Source of the DNA: Terriglobia bacterium
GTDB lineage: Bacteria > Acidobacteriota > Polarisedimenticolia > Polarisedimenticolales > JAIQFR01
Assembly: GCA_963748015.1 (NCBI GenBank)
Contig: CAVVHE010000004.1
Span: forward strand, 704,001-768,000
Direction of reading: 5' to 3'
DNA length: 64,000 nucleotides
Below are positions 48,628-59,248 of the stretch, piece after piece. The position numbers and the translations under genes were made by a program. The notes below the pieces were generated by a model. It made no database searches. It was not told where the DNA came from and saw only the letters and a list, made by a program, of their open reading frames with translations. Within the stretch, counting starts at the first letter, position 1; each line of letters opens with the position of its first letter.

Positions 48628-50139
48628 ATGCGCTCACAACGGACGGCTGTCCTCCTTGCGCTCTTCATCGTGGCCGCGGTCGCGGCGGCGCCCGTGGGGG
48701 CGCAGGGCTTCAAGGATCTCGAGAAGAACGTCGTCGAGAAGACGCTGCCGAACGGCCTGCGGGTCCTCATCCTCCCGAGGCCCGGCGCGCCGCTGGTCTC
48801 GATGCTGACCTACGCCGACGTGGGCGGGGTGGACGAGAACCAGAATGCCACCGGTCTCGCGCACATCTTCGAGCACATGGCCTTCAAGGGGACGACCACG
48901 ATCGGCACGACCGACGCCGCGAAGGAAGCCGCCGCGCTGAAGAAGCTGGACGAGGCTTTCCTGGCGGTCCGCGCGGAGCGGATGCGGCGTCCCCGCCCGG
49001 ACGAGGCGGCGCTCAAGACCGCGGAGGCGGCGTTCAAGGCCGCGCAGGAGGAGGCGCAACGTTTCGTCAAGGTCGGCGAGCTCGGCGAGATCCTGGAGCG
49101 CGAGGGCGCCGAGGGCCTCAACGCGTTCACGAGCTTCGATCAGACCGTCTATCTCTACTCGCTTCCCTCCAACAAGCTCGAGCTCTGGGCGGCCATCGAG
49201 GCGGACCGCTTCACGAACCCCGTGATTCGAGAGTTCTTCAAGGAGAAGGACGTGATCATGGAGGAGAAGCGGATGGGGGAGAGCCAGCCGACCGGCAGGC
49301 TGATCGACGATTTCATGGCGGTCGCCTTCAAGGCCAGCATGTACCGGTCGTTCGTCATCGGCCACATGAGCGACCTGCAGGCCGTCTCCCGGACCGAAGC
49401 CGAGGCCTGGTTCAACAAGTACTACCGAGCGCGCAACCTGACCGCGGTCGTCGTCGGCGACGTGGACCCGAAGATCGCGATGCCGATCCTGGAAAAGCAC
49501 CTCGGCAGGATTCCGGCCGGGGAGAAGCCCGGGCCCGTGGTCACGGTCGAGCCCCCGCAGCGGTCGGAGAAGCGGATCACGATGGAGGATCCGTCGCAGC
49601 CGATGCTCTTCATCGCGTACCACCGGCCGGACATCAACGACCCGGACAATGCCGGATACGACGCCCTGGCGGATGTCCTGGGCGGCGGGCGCTCGTCCCG
49701 CCTCTACAAGGCGCTGGTGAAGGAGAAGAAGCTCGCCCTCGCGACCGGGACGTACGCGGGCCTCGGCCAGAAGTACCCCGGGCTCTTCCTGTTCTACGCG
49801 GTCCCGAACCAGGGGAAGACCAACGCGGAGTGCGAGGCGGCGATCAGCGAGGAGATCGAGAGGCTGAAAAGGGAGCCGGTCAGCGCCGAGGAGATCGCGG
49901 GGGTGAAGGCGCGCGCGAAGTCGCAGTTCATCGGATCGATCGACTCGAACATGGGGCTCGCGATGGGCCTGGCGTTCGCGAGCAACCTCCAGGGCGACTG
50001 GCGCGAGACCTTCAAGCAACTCGAGCGGATCGACCGGGTGACCGCGGCCGACCTGACGCGGCTCGCCCAGAAGACCTTCGTCAAGTCCAACCGGACGGTG
50101 GGCACCATCGAAACCTCGACGAGCGAGACGGGCCGGTGA
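48628..50139 (+). CDS. M16 family zinc peptidase, catalytic subunit
   Basis: Signal peptide, LPNGL, HIFEHMAFKGT (HxxEH), NAFTS.D.T, SRLY. Confidence 0.93.
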   Translation: MRSQRTAVLLALFIVAAVAAAPVGAQGFKDLEKNVVEKTLPNGLRVLILPRPGAPLVSMLTYADVGGVDENQNATGLAHIFEHMAFKGTTTIGTTDAAKEAAALKKLDEAFLAVRAERMRRPRPDEAALKTAEAAFKAAQEEAQRFVKVGELGEILEREGAEGLNAFTSFDQTVYLYSLPSNKLELWAAIEADRFTNPVIREFFKEKDVIMEEKRMGESQPTGRLIDDFMAVAFKASMYRSFVIGHMSDLQAVSRTEAEAWFNKYYRARNLTAVVVGDVDPKIAMPILEKHLGRIPAGEKPGPVVTVEPPQRSEKRITMEDPSQPMLFIAYHRPDINDPDNAGYDALADVLGGGRSSRLYKALVKEKKLALATGTYAGLGQKYPGLFLFYAVPNQGKTNAECEAAISEEIERLKREPVSAEEIAGVKARAKSQFIGSIDSNMGLAMGLAFASNLQGDWRETFKQLERIDRVTAADLTRLAQKTFVKSNRTVGTIETSTSETGR

Positions 50140-50194
50140 GAGCACGGCCGGCCCGCCGGCCGTTCCACGGGCGATCTCAGGGAGACTGCAGACG

Positions 50195-52355
50195 ATGAAC
50201 CGCAAACAAGTGAAAACGACCGTCCTGGGGGCGATCCTGCTGGCGCTGGCGGCCGGCCGCGCGCCGGCGGCCGGGCCGAAACGGGTGATCGACGGGCTCG
50301 TGTACCCGAAGCTGAATCCGATCAAGCAGCCGGTCGTGCTGAGGGAGACCTTGCCCAACGGGATCAAGCTGCTGCTGATCGAGGACCGGGACCTGCCCAA
50401 GGTCGAGCTGCGTGCCGTGGTGCGCGGAGGAAGACTGGCCGAGCCGGCCGGGAAGGCGGGGCTGACCGAACTGTTCGGCGAGGTGCTCCGGACCGGCGGA
50501 ACCGAGAAGATGTCCGGCGACGACGCGGACCGCTTCCTCGAGAACATGGGAGCGGTGATCGAGAGCGGCCTCGACGAGGACACCAGCTCGCTCTACGCCC
50601 GGTCGCTCACGGAGAATCTCGACGCCGTGCTGCCGTTGTTCGCGGAGTTCCTGCGGGCCCCGGCGTTCGCGCAGGACAAGATCGACCTCGCGAAGACGCA
50701 CCTCAAGAGCGGCATCTCACGCCGCAACGACGAGGTGATGCAGATCGCGCAGCGCGAGTTCATGAAGCTGATCTACGGCGCCAAGTCGCCGTACGCGAGG
50801 CAGTACGAGTACGCCGACGTGGACGCCCTCACGCGGGACGACCTGTTGGCCTTCCACGCGCGGGGCTTCCGGCCGGACCAGACGATCCTGGCGGCTTGGG
50901 GCGACTTCAAGGCCACGGAGATGAAGGAGAGGCTCGTGAAGGCACTGGGCTCGTGGAAGGGGGAGGGACCGGCGCCCCGCTACGACCTCCCGTCGATCCC
51001 GGCGCCCGCCTACTCCGTGAACTACATCGAGAAGAAGGACGTCGAGCAGACGTTCATGCTCCTCGGCCACCAGGGGCTGCGCTTCGACGACCCGGACTAC
51101 CCCGCCGTGCGCTTGATGGGGGACATCCTCGGCGGCGGCTTCTCCTCCCGGATCTTCGTCAAGGTGCGGACGGAGAAGGGGCTGGCCTACTCCGCCGGGG
51201 GGATGATGCAGCCGGCGTACGACCACCCCGGCAACTTCTTCTTCTTCACCTCGACCAAGCCGTCGACCACCGCGGAGGCGCTCTCGACGATGATCGAGGA
51301 GACCAAGCGCATTCGCGAGGCGCCGGTCACCGACGCCGAGCTGAGCAAGGCGAAGGAGGGCTACCTCAACACGTACGCCTTCGACTTCGACAGCAAAGGC
51401 GAAGATCGTCAACCGCCTCATGATCTACGAGTTCTACGGCTACCCCGCGGACTTCAACACCCGGCTCCGCGACGCCGTGGAGAAGGTCACGAAGGAGGAC
51501 GTCCTCCGCGTGGCCAAGAAGCACCTTCGGCCCGACCTTCTGACCATCCTGGCGGTCGGAAAGGCGGATGCGTTCGACAAGCCCCTCTCGACGTTCGGCA
51601 CGGTCAACACGATCGACATCGCGATTCCTCCGCCGGTGCCCGCCGAGAAGATCCCCGCGGCGACGCCGGAGTCCCTCGCGAGGGGGAGGGAGCTGCTGCA
51701 GGCGGCGGCGAAGGCGAAAGGGGAGAAGGCGCTCCTGGGTCTCAAGGACGCCGTCTTCGAGGGGACCGCGTCGTACGAGACGCCGATGGGCGCCATGGAA
51801 GTGAAGTTCAAGACGTCGTTCGTGCCGCCCTCCCGGCTCTACTCCGAGCTGACGACGCCGATGGGCGTCATGGTCCAGGTCCTCGACGGGGAGCGGGCCT
51901 GGATGAAGATGGGGCCGGCGACGCAGGAGCTTCCGGAGAGCGCGGCGGGAGAGCTGCGGGACGGGACGCTCACCGAGGCGGGATGCCTGCTGATGCTGCG
52001 CGAGGCGCTCTCCGGGACGATCACGGGGCAGTCCCTCGGGAAGAGCTCGTTCGAGGGGCAGGACGCCGAAGCCGTGCTCGTGACGACCGGCGACGCTCCG
52101 CTCCGGATCTATCTCTCGCCCGACGGGCGCAGGGTGCTCGGCACCCGAAGGCAGGGAAGGACGGACGAAGGGCCGGCGGAAATGGTGGAGACCTTCGGGG
52201 GGTACGCCGAGGTCTCGGGGCTTCAGGTCCCCATGGAGAGCACCCGTTCCGCGAACGGGAAGCCACTCGGCTCCTTGAAGATGAGCTCGGTCAAGATCAA
52301 CGCCGGGGTCGACCCGAAGCTGTTCGAGAAGCCGGCCGGGCCCGAGGGCAAGTAG
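50195..52355 (+). CDS. M16 family non-catalytic subunit with C-terminal extension (frameshift near 51396)
   Basis: LPNG, LGGGFSSR..VR..KGLAY, no HxxEH. Removing one A at 51395-51397 joins it to the 51420..52355 frame (DSKAKIVNRLMIYE). Confidence 0.8.
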
Positions 52356-52504
52356 AAAGAGCGAGGATTCCCCACGCGGCCGGTCCGCAGTATGGCGCGG
52401 GAAGCAGCGTTCGTGGGCGTGGCGCTTCGCGTGTATGCTCTCACGCGCCCGTGCCGTCGCGCGGGACGGAACGGCGCGCGTCCCTTCGCGCGCGGGGAAA
52501 TGCC

Positions 52505-53662
52505 TTGATCTGGGTGCTGGACTCGACGCTTCGCGAGGGGGAGCAGACCCCCGGCGTGTATTTCGACAAGCACATCAAACTCGCGATCGCGGGCTTGCTC
52601 GACGGGATCGGCGTGGACATCATCGAGGCCGGACATCCGACGGTCACGCCGGAGATCCACGCCGCGGTGAAGGCCGTCGCCCGAAAGGGATGCAGGGCGA
52701 TCGTAGGGGCGCACGCGCGGTCGCTGAGAGGCGATGTGGATCTCGCGATCGAGTGCGGCGTGCGGTTTCTCGGGATTTTCTACTGCGTCTCCGATGAGCG
52801 GCTGAGCGGCGTCTTCAAAAGGGACCTCGGCTCTGCGCTCGACCAGATCGCCGACGTGATCGCCTATGCCAAGGATAGGAACGGGGATCTCCTCGTCCGA
52901 TACACCCCCGAGGATACCGTCCGTTCGCAATTCGAGAACGTCGTCCAGGCGGCAGCCGTCGCGGTGGAGGCGGGGGCCGACATCATCAGCGTGGCGGACA
53001 CGACCGGGTACATGGTGCCCGGGACGCCGCGGAGCATGTACGACTACGTCGCGCGCCTCAGGGACGAGCTCGGCCGGAGGAACCGTTTTCCGAGAATCGC
53101 GGTGCACTGCCACAACGATCGCGGACTCGCGCTCGCGAACGCGCTGGACGCCTTTCGGGCCGGCGCGAGCATCATCGACGCCGCCGCGTTGGGACTGGGG
53201 GAGCGGGCGGGCATCGTGGATCTCGCGCAGCTGCTCGTAGTGCTCACGGTCGACTTCGGCGAGGCGCGGTGGGACCTCACGAAGCTCACGGAGTTGTACG
53301 ACCTGGTGAGCAAGCACTCCGGGGTCGCCATCCCGGAGAACTTTCCGATCAGCGGCAAGAACGCATTCACCCACTGCGCGGGAGTCCACACGCACGCCGC
53401 CTCGGTCAACCCGATGCATTACGAGAGCGTGAACCCGGAGATTCTCGGCAGGAGCCGGTCGTTCTCGCTCGACCACATGTCCGGGATCGCGTCGCTACGG
53501 TTCGCGCTCAAGGTGATCGGGGAAGAAGAGCTCGACGACGCGCACCAGCTCGAGGTGTTGGGGGACGTGAAGGGCGTGGGACAGCACGGACGGACGGTCG
53601 ACCTGGCCGAGCTGCGTCACATCGTGGACGCGGTGAGACACCGCAGGATCCACGAGAGCTGA
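52505..53662 (+). CDS. Homocitrate synthase / LeuA-family DRE-TIM protein without regulatory domain
   Basis: DSTLREGEQ, ADTTG, HCHNDRGLALAN, GLGERAG, AFTH.AGVH; TTG start inferred. Confidence 0.85.
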   Translation: MIWVLDSTLREGEQTPGVYFDKHIKLAIAGLLDGIGVDIIEAGHPTVTPEIHAAVKAVARKGCRAIVGAHARSLRGDVDLAIECGVRFLGIFYCVSDERLSGVFKRDLGSALDQIADVIAYAKDRNGDLLVRYTPEDTVRSQFENVVQAAAVAVEAGADIISVADTTGYMVPGTPRSMYDYVARLRDELGRRNRFPRIAVHCHNDRGLALANALDAFRAGASIIDAAALGLGERAGIVDLAQLLVVLTVDFGEARWDLTKLTELYDLVSKHSGVAIPENFPISGKNAFTHCAGVHTHAASVNPMHYESVNPEILGRSRSFSLDHMSGIASLRFALKVIGEEELDDAHQLEVLGDVKGVGQHGRTVDLAELRHIVDAVRHRRIHES

Positions 53663-53676
53663 AGCGAGGCGCGATC

Positions 53677-54537
53677 TCACCTCGCCGGAGGAGGCGGACC
53701 CGCCTGGCCCCGGCGCTTGTGCTTGATCCGCCAGAGGCTGACACAGCCCTCGGACTCGCTGAGCTGGGACGGCGTCAAGGAGCTTTCGAGCGCCGCCTTC
53801 TCCTTCGTCGCGCTCGTCTCGCCCTGCGCGGCCGCCAGCGAGAACCAGCAGTGGGCTTTGGCCGGGTCCCGTTCGACGCCGAGTCCGCGCTCGGACATGA
53901 AGCCGAGCTCGAGCTGCGCGGGCGCGTAGCCCTGCTCCGCGGCCTTGCGGAGCCACTGCCGCGACTCGATGTAGTTCGGACGGCCCTGCTCGTGCTCGCC
54001 GAGGAGGACGCCCAGCCCGTACTGGGCCCTGGCGATGTCCTTCCGGGCGGCCTGCCGGAGCAGCCGCTTCGCCTCCTCGTCGTCCCTCGGCACGCCTCGC
54101 CCCTCGTGGTACATCAGGCCGAGCGAGCACTGCGCCTCCGCGTCGTCCTTGTCCGCGGCCATGCGGAGCCACTTCAGCGATTCCGCGTCGTCCCGTGGGA
54201 CGTCGCGGCCCTCGCGGTACATGTTGCCGAGGGTGGCCTGGGCCGGAGCGTACCCCTGCTCGGCGGCGCGCCGGATCCAGCGCAAGGCTTCCTCCGGGTC
54301 CCTGGCCACCCCGCGACCGGAGGAGTAGAGGGTGCCGAGCAGGTACCGGGCTTCCGCGACGCCGGCCTCGGCCTCCGGCCGAAGCTCCTGCAGCGCCGTG
54401 GCGAAGTCCTCGGCGTCGAGGGCCCGCCTTCCGGCGTACAGGTCCGCGAGCACGGGGCTGGACACGAGCAGGGCTGCTACCACGATTCGCGACGGGTGGC
54501 TCACGCGCGCCTCGCCTCCGGGGAGTGCCGCCGGCAT
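53677..54537 (-). CDS. Secreted Sel1-repeat protein
   Basis: Five A.AQ..LG.MY..G.GV..D..EA..W..AA.QG repeats. Confidence 0.92.
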   Translation of the reverse strand: MPAALPGGEARVSHPSRIVVAALLVSSPVLADLYAGRRALDAEDFATALQELRPEAEAGVAEARYLLGTLYSSGRGVARDPEEALRWIRRAAEQGYAPAQATLGNMYREGRDVPRDDAESLKWLRMAADKDDAEAQCSLGLMYHEGRGVPRDDEEAKRLLRQAARKDIARAQYGLGVLLGEHEQGRPNYIESRQWLRKAAEQGYAPAQLELGFMSERGLGVERDPAKAHCWFSLAAAQGETSATKEKAALESSLTPSQLSESEGCVSLWRIKHKRRGQAGPPPPAR

Positions 54538-54627
54538 CGTGGCCGGGCGGCTCGGCTTCCCAGCTTACACCGGATGCCGCGGCGCCCAAGAGGGTCGACC
54601 CGCGCTCGGCCCGAGCGCGGAGTCTCC

Positions 54628-54960
54628 CTAATCCAGGCGGCGCAGGCCGATGGCGGCCAGTCCCCACGAGACGGCGAGGAGGCCGAACGCGAAGACGCCG
54701 GGCACCAGGCACTCGGCGACGCCGGCCCAGCCGTGCTGCAGGGATTCCGGGGTCAGGGGGGCCGCGGCCAGACTCACCGCCGTGTTGGCTAGCCCCGCGC
54801 AGATCGCGCTCAGGCCGGCAAAGACCGTGGCGGAGGTGACGGGGCGTAACATCTCGTACCGGCGCTGGCTCGGTTTCAGCGCCATCCCGATTCCCAGGCT
54901 CAGGGAGGCGACGACGAGCACCAGCAGGACGACGACGTGGACGATCGCGAGAGGTCCCAT
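54628..54960 (-). CDS. Small three-TM membrane protein
   Basis: Three hydrophobic segments; purine-rich RBS; divergent from the ECF sigma. Confidence 0.65.
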   Translation of the reverse strand: MGPLAIVHVVVLLVLVVASLSLGIGMALKPSQRRYEMLRPVTSATVFAGLSAICAGLANTAVSLAAAPLTPESLQHGWAGVAECLVPGVFAFGLLAVSWGLAAIGLRRLD

Positions 54961-55057
54961 GGACGTATCCCCCTTTCTCATCGAGTTCAACGCCGCGGAG
55001 AGCGCCGCGTGACGAGAAGATATCTCGTCACGCCCGGCAGGCCTCGGCGTTGAGAAG

Positions 55058-55630
55058 GTGATGGACGCCGAAGCCGGACGGCAGCTCGTGTCGGAGCTCA
55101 GGCGGGGCGAGGCCGCCGCATTCGACGCGGTCTACGAGGCCCTGCGTGCGCGTCTGTTCTCGTTCGTGCTCCGGATGGTCGGCAGGCGGGAAGTTGCGGA
55201 GGAGCTGACCCAAGAAGCTTGGTTGCGCCTGGCTGCCCGCGCCGCCCGCCTGCGCGAGGACACGGAAATCGAGCGCTGGATCTTCACCGTGGCGCGGAAT
55301 CTCTGCGTGAGCTTCCTTCGCACGCGCGGAAGGGAGAGGAGCGTCGTCGTCGCCTCGGAGCTCGTGGAGCATCTCGCGGCGGCGGGGCCGTCCCCGTCGC
55401 GACAGGCGGAGTCGAAGGAGGGCCTGGTGCGTTTCGAGCGCGCGATCGCGGGCCTTCCCGAGCGCTACAGGGAGGCGCTGCTGCTCGTGGGGGCGGAGGG
55501 GATGACACCCGTCGCGGCCGCCGACGTGTGTGGGGTTAGCGCGGAGGCGATGCGCAAGCGACTCGAGCGGGGGAGGGACATGCTTGCGGCGCGACTCGAG
55601 CGCCCGAGGCGCCGCCCGGCCGGCGCGTGA
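55058..55630 (+). CDS. ECF sigma factor
   Basis: AEELTQEAW, WIFTVARN, LPERYRE.L.L, KRLERGR. Confidence 0.92.
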   Translation: MMDAEAGRQLVSELRRGEAAAFDAVYEALRARLFSFVLRMVGRREVAEELTQEAWLRLAARAARLREDTEIERWIFTVARNLCVSFLRTRGRERSVVVASELVEHLAAAGPSPSRQAESKEGLVRFERAIAGLPERYREALLLVGAEGMTPVAAADVCGVSAEAMRKRLERGRDMLAARLERPRRRPAGA

Positions 55631-55638
55631 GGTCTTCG

Positions 55639-55923
55639 ATGGAGCCATCCGATCCCGGCCTCGACCCGATCGGCGCCCTGAGGGGATTGCCGGTGCTCGA
55701 TCTCGATCCTCGCCGCGCCCGGGGCATCCGGGACCGAGCGCTCGCCGCGATGGCGTCGCGACGGCGCCGCGGGGAGCGGTGGGCCGGACTCCCGGCCGCG
55801 GCCTACGAACGCTTCGTCGAGCCCATCCTGGTCGGCGGGCTCTCGCTCGGCTTCGCGGCGTGGGTCGTCGCGCGATCGATCGGGGTGCTGCAGCAGGCGC
55901 GGGGGGGCTTCTTCTGGCAGTGA
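55639..55923 (+). CDS. Putative anti-sigma factor (single TM)
   Basis: Small ORF directly after the ECF sigma, with a C-terminal TM. Confidence 0.55.
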   Translation: MEPSDPGLDPIGALRGLPVLDLDPRRARGIRDRALAAMASRRRRGERWAGLPAAAYERFVEPILVGGLSLGFAAWVVARSIGVLQQARGGFFWQ

Positions 55924-56144
55924 CGGCGGGCGGTACGCCGGAGCGTGACATCGGGGCCTCCCTGGCGATGCGCCGGCCCGCGACCGGCTCGATCCCGCCA
56001 TTCCCGGTCCGAATACTCCGCCGGGAGGGCGGGATAACCCGGCGGCTTTCCGCTACAATCCGCAGACCAGAGCCACCCCTTCCTTCGGGAAGACGACGCA
56101 TCGTCGCGCCACCCTCCCGGGGACCAGGAAAAGGACGGGCACAG

Positions 56145-57038
56145 ATGGAATTCCGCAGGCTGGGAATCGTGGGCGGCGGGATGATGGGGCGGTCGATCGC
56201 CGAGAAGGTCGCCTCGAACGGGATCGACGTGGTGGTGCAGGAGGTCTCGGGGGAGATGGTGGAGCGAGCCCGCGAGGATCTCGCCGCCTCGCTCGACGCG
56301 GAGCTTCGCAAGTGGGGGATCACGCAGTCGGAGAAGAAGGTGGTCCTGAGCCGGGTCAAGTTCGTGACCGACATCGGCGAGCTCGCTCCCACCGACATGA
56401 TCATCGAGACGGTGACCGAGGACCTCGACACGAAGAAGAGCGTCATGCGGGAGCTCGGTCTCGTGTGCCCACCGGAGCGGATCTTCATCACGAACACCTC
56501 GACACTGAGCATCACCGAGATCGCCGCCGAGTCGGGGAGGCCCGAGAAGGTGATCGGAATGCACTTCCTGCCGCCCGTCACGGCGAACCCGGTCGTCGAG
56601 GTGGTGCGCGGGATCGAGACGTCGAAGGAGACGTACGCCACCGCCATGGAGCTCGCCCGCGCCCTCGACAAGACAGCGATCGAGGTGTTCGAGTATCCCG
56701 GGTACGTCGTGACCCGAGGCATCATTCCGTTGCTCAACGAGGCGATGTACATCGTCATGGAAGGGGTCGCGAGCGCCGACGACGTGGACCTCGCCCTGAA
56801 GCTCGGCTACCAGTTCAAGATGGGCCCGCTCGAGTACTGCGACCGGATGGGCCTCGACAAGGTCATGGCGTGGATGGAGCACCTGTTCCGCGAGCTGGGG
56901 GACGTGAAGTACCGCCCCTGCCCGCTGCTCCGGAAGCTCGTTCGAGCCGGGCATCTCGGGAGGAGCACGGGCCGGGGGTTCTTCGTCTGGGTGGACCGCC
57001 AGCGCGTCACGGCGGAGCGCAAGGAGGAGGCGCGATGA
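56145..57038 (+). CDS. hbd: 3-hydroxybutyryl-CoA (3-hydroxyacyl-CoA) dehydrogenase
   Basis: GGGMMGRSIA, IET.TED..K, TNTSTL, GMHF, MGPLE..D..GLD, LGR.TGRGF. Confidence 0.88.
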   Translation: MEFRRLGIVGGGMMGRSIAEKVASNGIDVVVQEVSGEMVERAREDLAASLDAELRKWGITQSEKKVVLSRVKFVTDIGELAPTDMIIETVTEDLDTKKSVMRELGLVCPPERIFITNTSTLSITEIAAESGRPEKVIGMHFLPPVTANPVVEVVRGIETSKETYATAMELARALDKTAIEVFEYPGYVVTRGIIPLLNEAMYIVMEGVASADDVDLALKLGYQFKMGPLEYCDRMGLDKVMAWMEHLFRELGDVKYRPCPLLRKLVRAGHLGRSTGRGFFVWVDRQRVTAERKEEAR

Positions 57039-58264
57039 AGGTTCTCGTGCTGAACTGCGGCTCCTCCTCGGTCAAGTACCAACTGGTCGAGACGACCCTC
57101 GACATGATCAAGAGCAACACCGACCGCGCCATCGCCCGGGGCTCGGTGGAGAGGATCGGAACCGCCAGCGCGATCCACACGTACCGGCCCGAGGGCAGGG
57201 AGAAGACCTCCGACGTCAAGGAGATCCTCGAGCACCGCGTGGCGATCGCGGACATCGCCCGGACCCTCACGCAGCCTGAAGTAGGGGTCCTGCGGGAGGC
57301 CTCCGAGATCGACGCGGTCGGCCACCGGATGGTCCACGGCGGCGAGAAATTCGCCCGGTCGGTCCTGATCGACGACGCCGTGATCCAAGAGATCGAGGAA
57401 TGCTCGGAGCTGGCGCCGCTCCACAACCCGCACAACCTGCGCGGATACTACGCCGCGAAGCAGATTCTCCCGAGCGTTCCGCACGCCGCGGTATTCGACA
57501 CCGCCTATCACCAGACCATGCCTCGGACGGCTTACCTGTACGGGCTCCCGTACGTCCTCTACACGCGCCATGCGATCCGGAGGTACGGGTTCCACGGGAC
57601 CTCCCACCGTTTCGTGGGATGGCGCTCGCAGACCCTCCTCGGGCGACCCCGCGAGGAAACGCGGCTGATCACCTGCCACCTCGGGAACGGAGCGAGCGTG
57701 TGCGCCATCGACCACGGTAAGTCGGTGGACACGTCCATGGGGTTCACTCCGCTCGAGGGCCTCCTGATGGGAAGCCGCTGCGGCGATCTCGACCCGGCGG
57801 TGATCTTCTACGTCATGCACAAGGAGGACCTGACCGAGCAGCAAGCCTCGACGATGCTCAACAAGCATTCCGGGCTCTACGGGATCTCGGGGCTCTCGAA
57901 CGACATGCGGGAGATCCTCGCGGAGGAAGCCAAGGGGAACGAGCGCGCTCGGCTCGCTGCCGACATGTTCTGCTACCGCCTGAAGAAGTACGTCGCCGCG
58001 TACGCCGCGGTCATGGGAGGAGCCGACGCCGTGATCTTCACCGGCGGCATCGGCGAGAACGCCGCGCCGATCCGCGAGCGCAGCATCCGCGGCCTCGAGT
58101 TCGCGGGCATCCGGATCGACCCGGAGCGAAATGCCGCGACGGTCGGCGGGAAGGAAGGGGAGATCTCTCCGGAGGGCGCGCCGGTCAAGGTGCTCGTCAT
58201 CCCGACGAACGAGGAGCTCATCATCGCCCGCGACGCGCTGCGCCTGATCGAGGGCGTGCTCTAG
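57035..58264 (+). CDS. ackA: Acetate kinase
   Basis: VLNCGSSSVK, GHRMVHGG, APLHN, FDTAYH, YGFHGTSH, HLGNGAS, TPLEGL, FTGGIGEN, PTNEE. Confidence 0.97.
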   Translation: MKVLVLNCGSSSVKYQLVETTLDMIKSNTDRAIARGSVERIGTASAIHTYRPEGREKTSDVKEILEHRVAIADIARTLTQPEVGVLREASEIDAVGHRMVHGGEKFARSVLIDDAVIQEIEECSELAPLHNPHNLRGYYAAKQILPSVPHAAVFDTAYHQTMPRTAYLYGLPYVLYTRHAIRRYGFHGTSHRFVGWRSQTLLGRPREETRLITCHLGNGASVCAIDHGKSVDTSMGFTPLEGLLMGSRCGDLDPAVIFYVMHKEDLTEQQASTMLNKHSGLYGISGLSNDMREILAEEAKGNERARLAADMFCYRLKKYVAAYAAVMGGADAVIFTGGIGENAAPIRERSIRGLEFAGIRIDPERNAATVGGKEGEISPEGAPVKVLVIPTNEELIIARDALRLIEGVL

Positions 58265-58279
58265 AAACAGGACCGGCGG

Positions 58280-59245
58280 TCAGAGGGCGAGCAGCGCCTC
58301 CTCCACGATGCCGCGCACCAGCGGCTCCTTGTAGCCGTTCTGGGCCAGCGGCGAAGCACCCCGGATGGCGGCCTCGGCGGCGAGCGTCGCCGTCTCGCGG
58401 TCGAGCGCGCGCCCGCGAAGGGCCTCCTCGGCTCCCCTGGCGCGCCACGGCACCGGAGCGACCCCGCTGAGCGAGACGCGCGCCTCGGTCACCCGGCCGT
58501 CCCGCCGGGCGAGCGCGATCGCGACCCCGGCGAGCGCGAAGTCCCACGCCCCTCTCTCGCGGACCTTGCGGTACGAGCTGGCGAGCCCCGGGGCCGGGGG
58601 CGGCACGAGCACCTCGGTGACGAGCTCGCCGGGAGAGAGCACGTTCTCCTTGAAGAGGTCCTTCGCGGGAAGGACGAAGAACTCATCGAGGGGGATCGTC
58701 CGCTTTCCCGACCGGCCCGCGACCCGTACCGCGGCTCCGAGGGACAGGAGCGCCGCGGCGGTGTCCGATGGATGGACGATGAAGCACGGTCCGCCGCCGA
58801 GGATCGCGTGGTAGCGGTTCTCTCCGTTGATCGCGAAGCAGGTATCGCCCCCCTTTCGCGCGCAGCGGAAGTCCCCGCGGTAGTACCAGCAGCGAGGACG
58901 CTGGCAGAGATTCCCGCCGAGCGTGCCCTGGTTGCGGAGCTGGGGGCTGCCGACCTCCCGCGAGGCTTCGGCGAGCGCGCGGAACCTCTCCTTCACCACG
59001 GGACTCGCCGCCACCTCGGAAAGCGTGGTGAGCGCCCCGATCGAGAGACCCCCGGCCGTCTCGCGGATGCCGCGAAGGGCTTCGAGCCGGGCGAGGCTCA
59101 CGACCGTCGAGACCTCGAAGACCCCGTCCCGGAGGCAGCCGAGGAGATCCGTGCCGCCGGCGTGCGCCCTTGCGCCCGGCGCGGACAGTTGCCGGAGCGC
59201 TTCGTCGAGCGTCGCGGGACGAACGTGGGCAAAGCGGGGCATCAT
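58280..59245 (-). CDS. Xanthine dehydrogenase family FAD-binding subunit
   Basis: AGGTDL, SPQLRN.GTLGGNLCQRPRCWYYR, HPSD. Confidence 0.93.
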   Translation of the reverse strand: MMPRFAHVRPATLDEALRQLSAPGARAHAGGTDLLGCLRDGVFEVSTVVSLARLEALRGIRETAGGLSIGALTTLSEVAASPVVKERFRALAEASREVGSPQLRNQGTLGGNLCQRPRCWYYRGDFRCARKGGDTCFAINGENRYHAILGGGPCFIVHPSDTAAALLSLGAAVRVAGRSGKRTIPLDEFFVLPAKDLFKENVLSPGELVTEVLVPPPAPGLASSYRKVRERGAWDFALAGVAIALARRDGRVTEARVSLSGVAPVPWRARGAEEALRGRALDRETATLAAEAAIRGASPLAQNGYKEPLVRGIVEEALLAL

Positions 59246-59248
59246 GGC

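Noticed and set aside
50195..53662. Apparent 1155-aa M16 peptidase-homocitrate synthase fusion
   Set aside because: Artefact of the frameshift at ~51396. The middle is Arg/Gly-rich off-frame sequence, and these are two separate genes.
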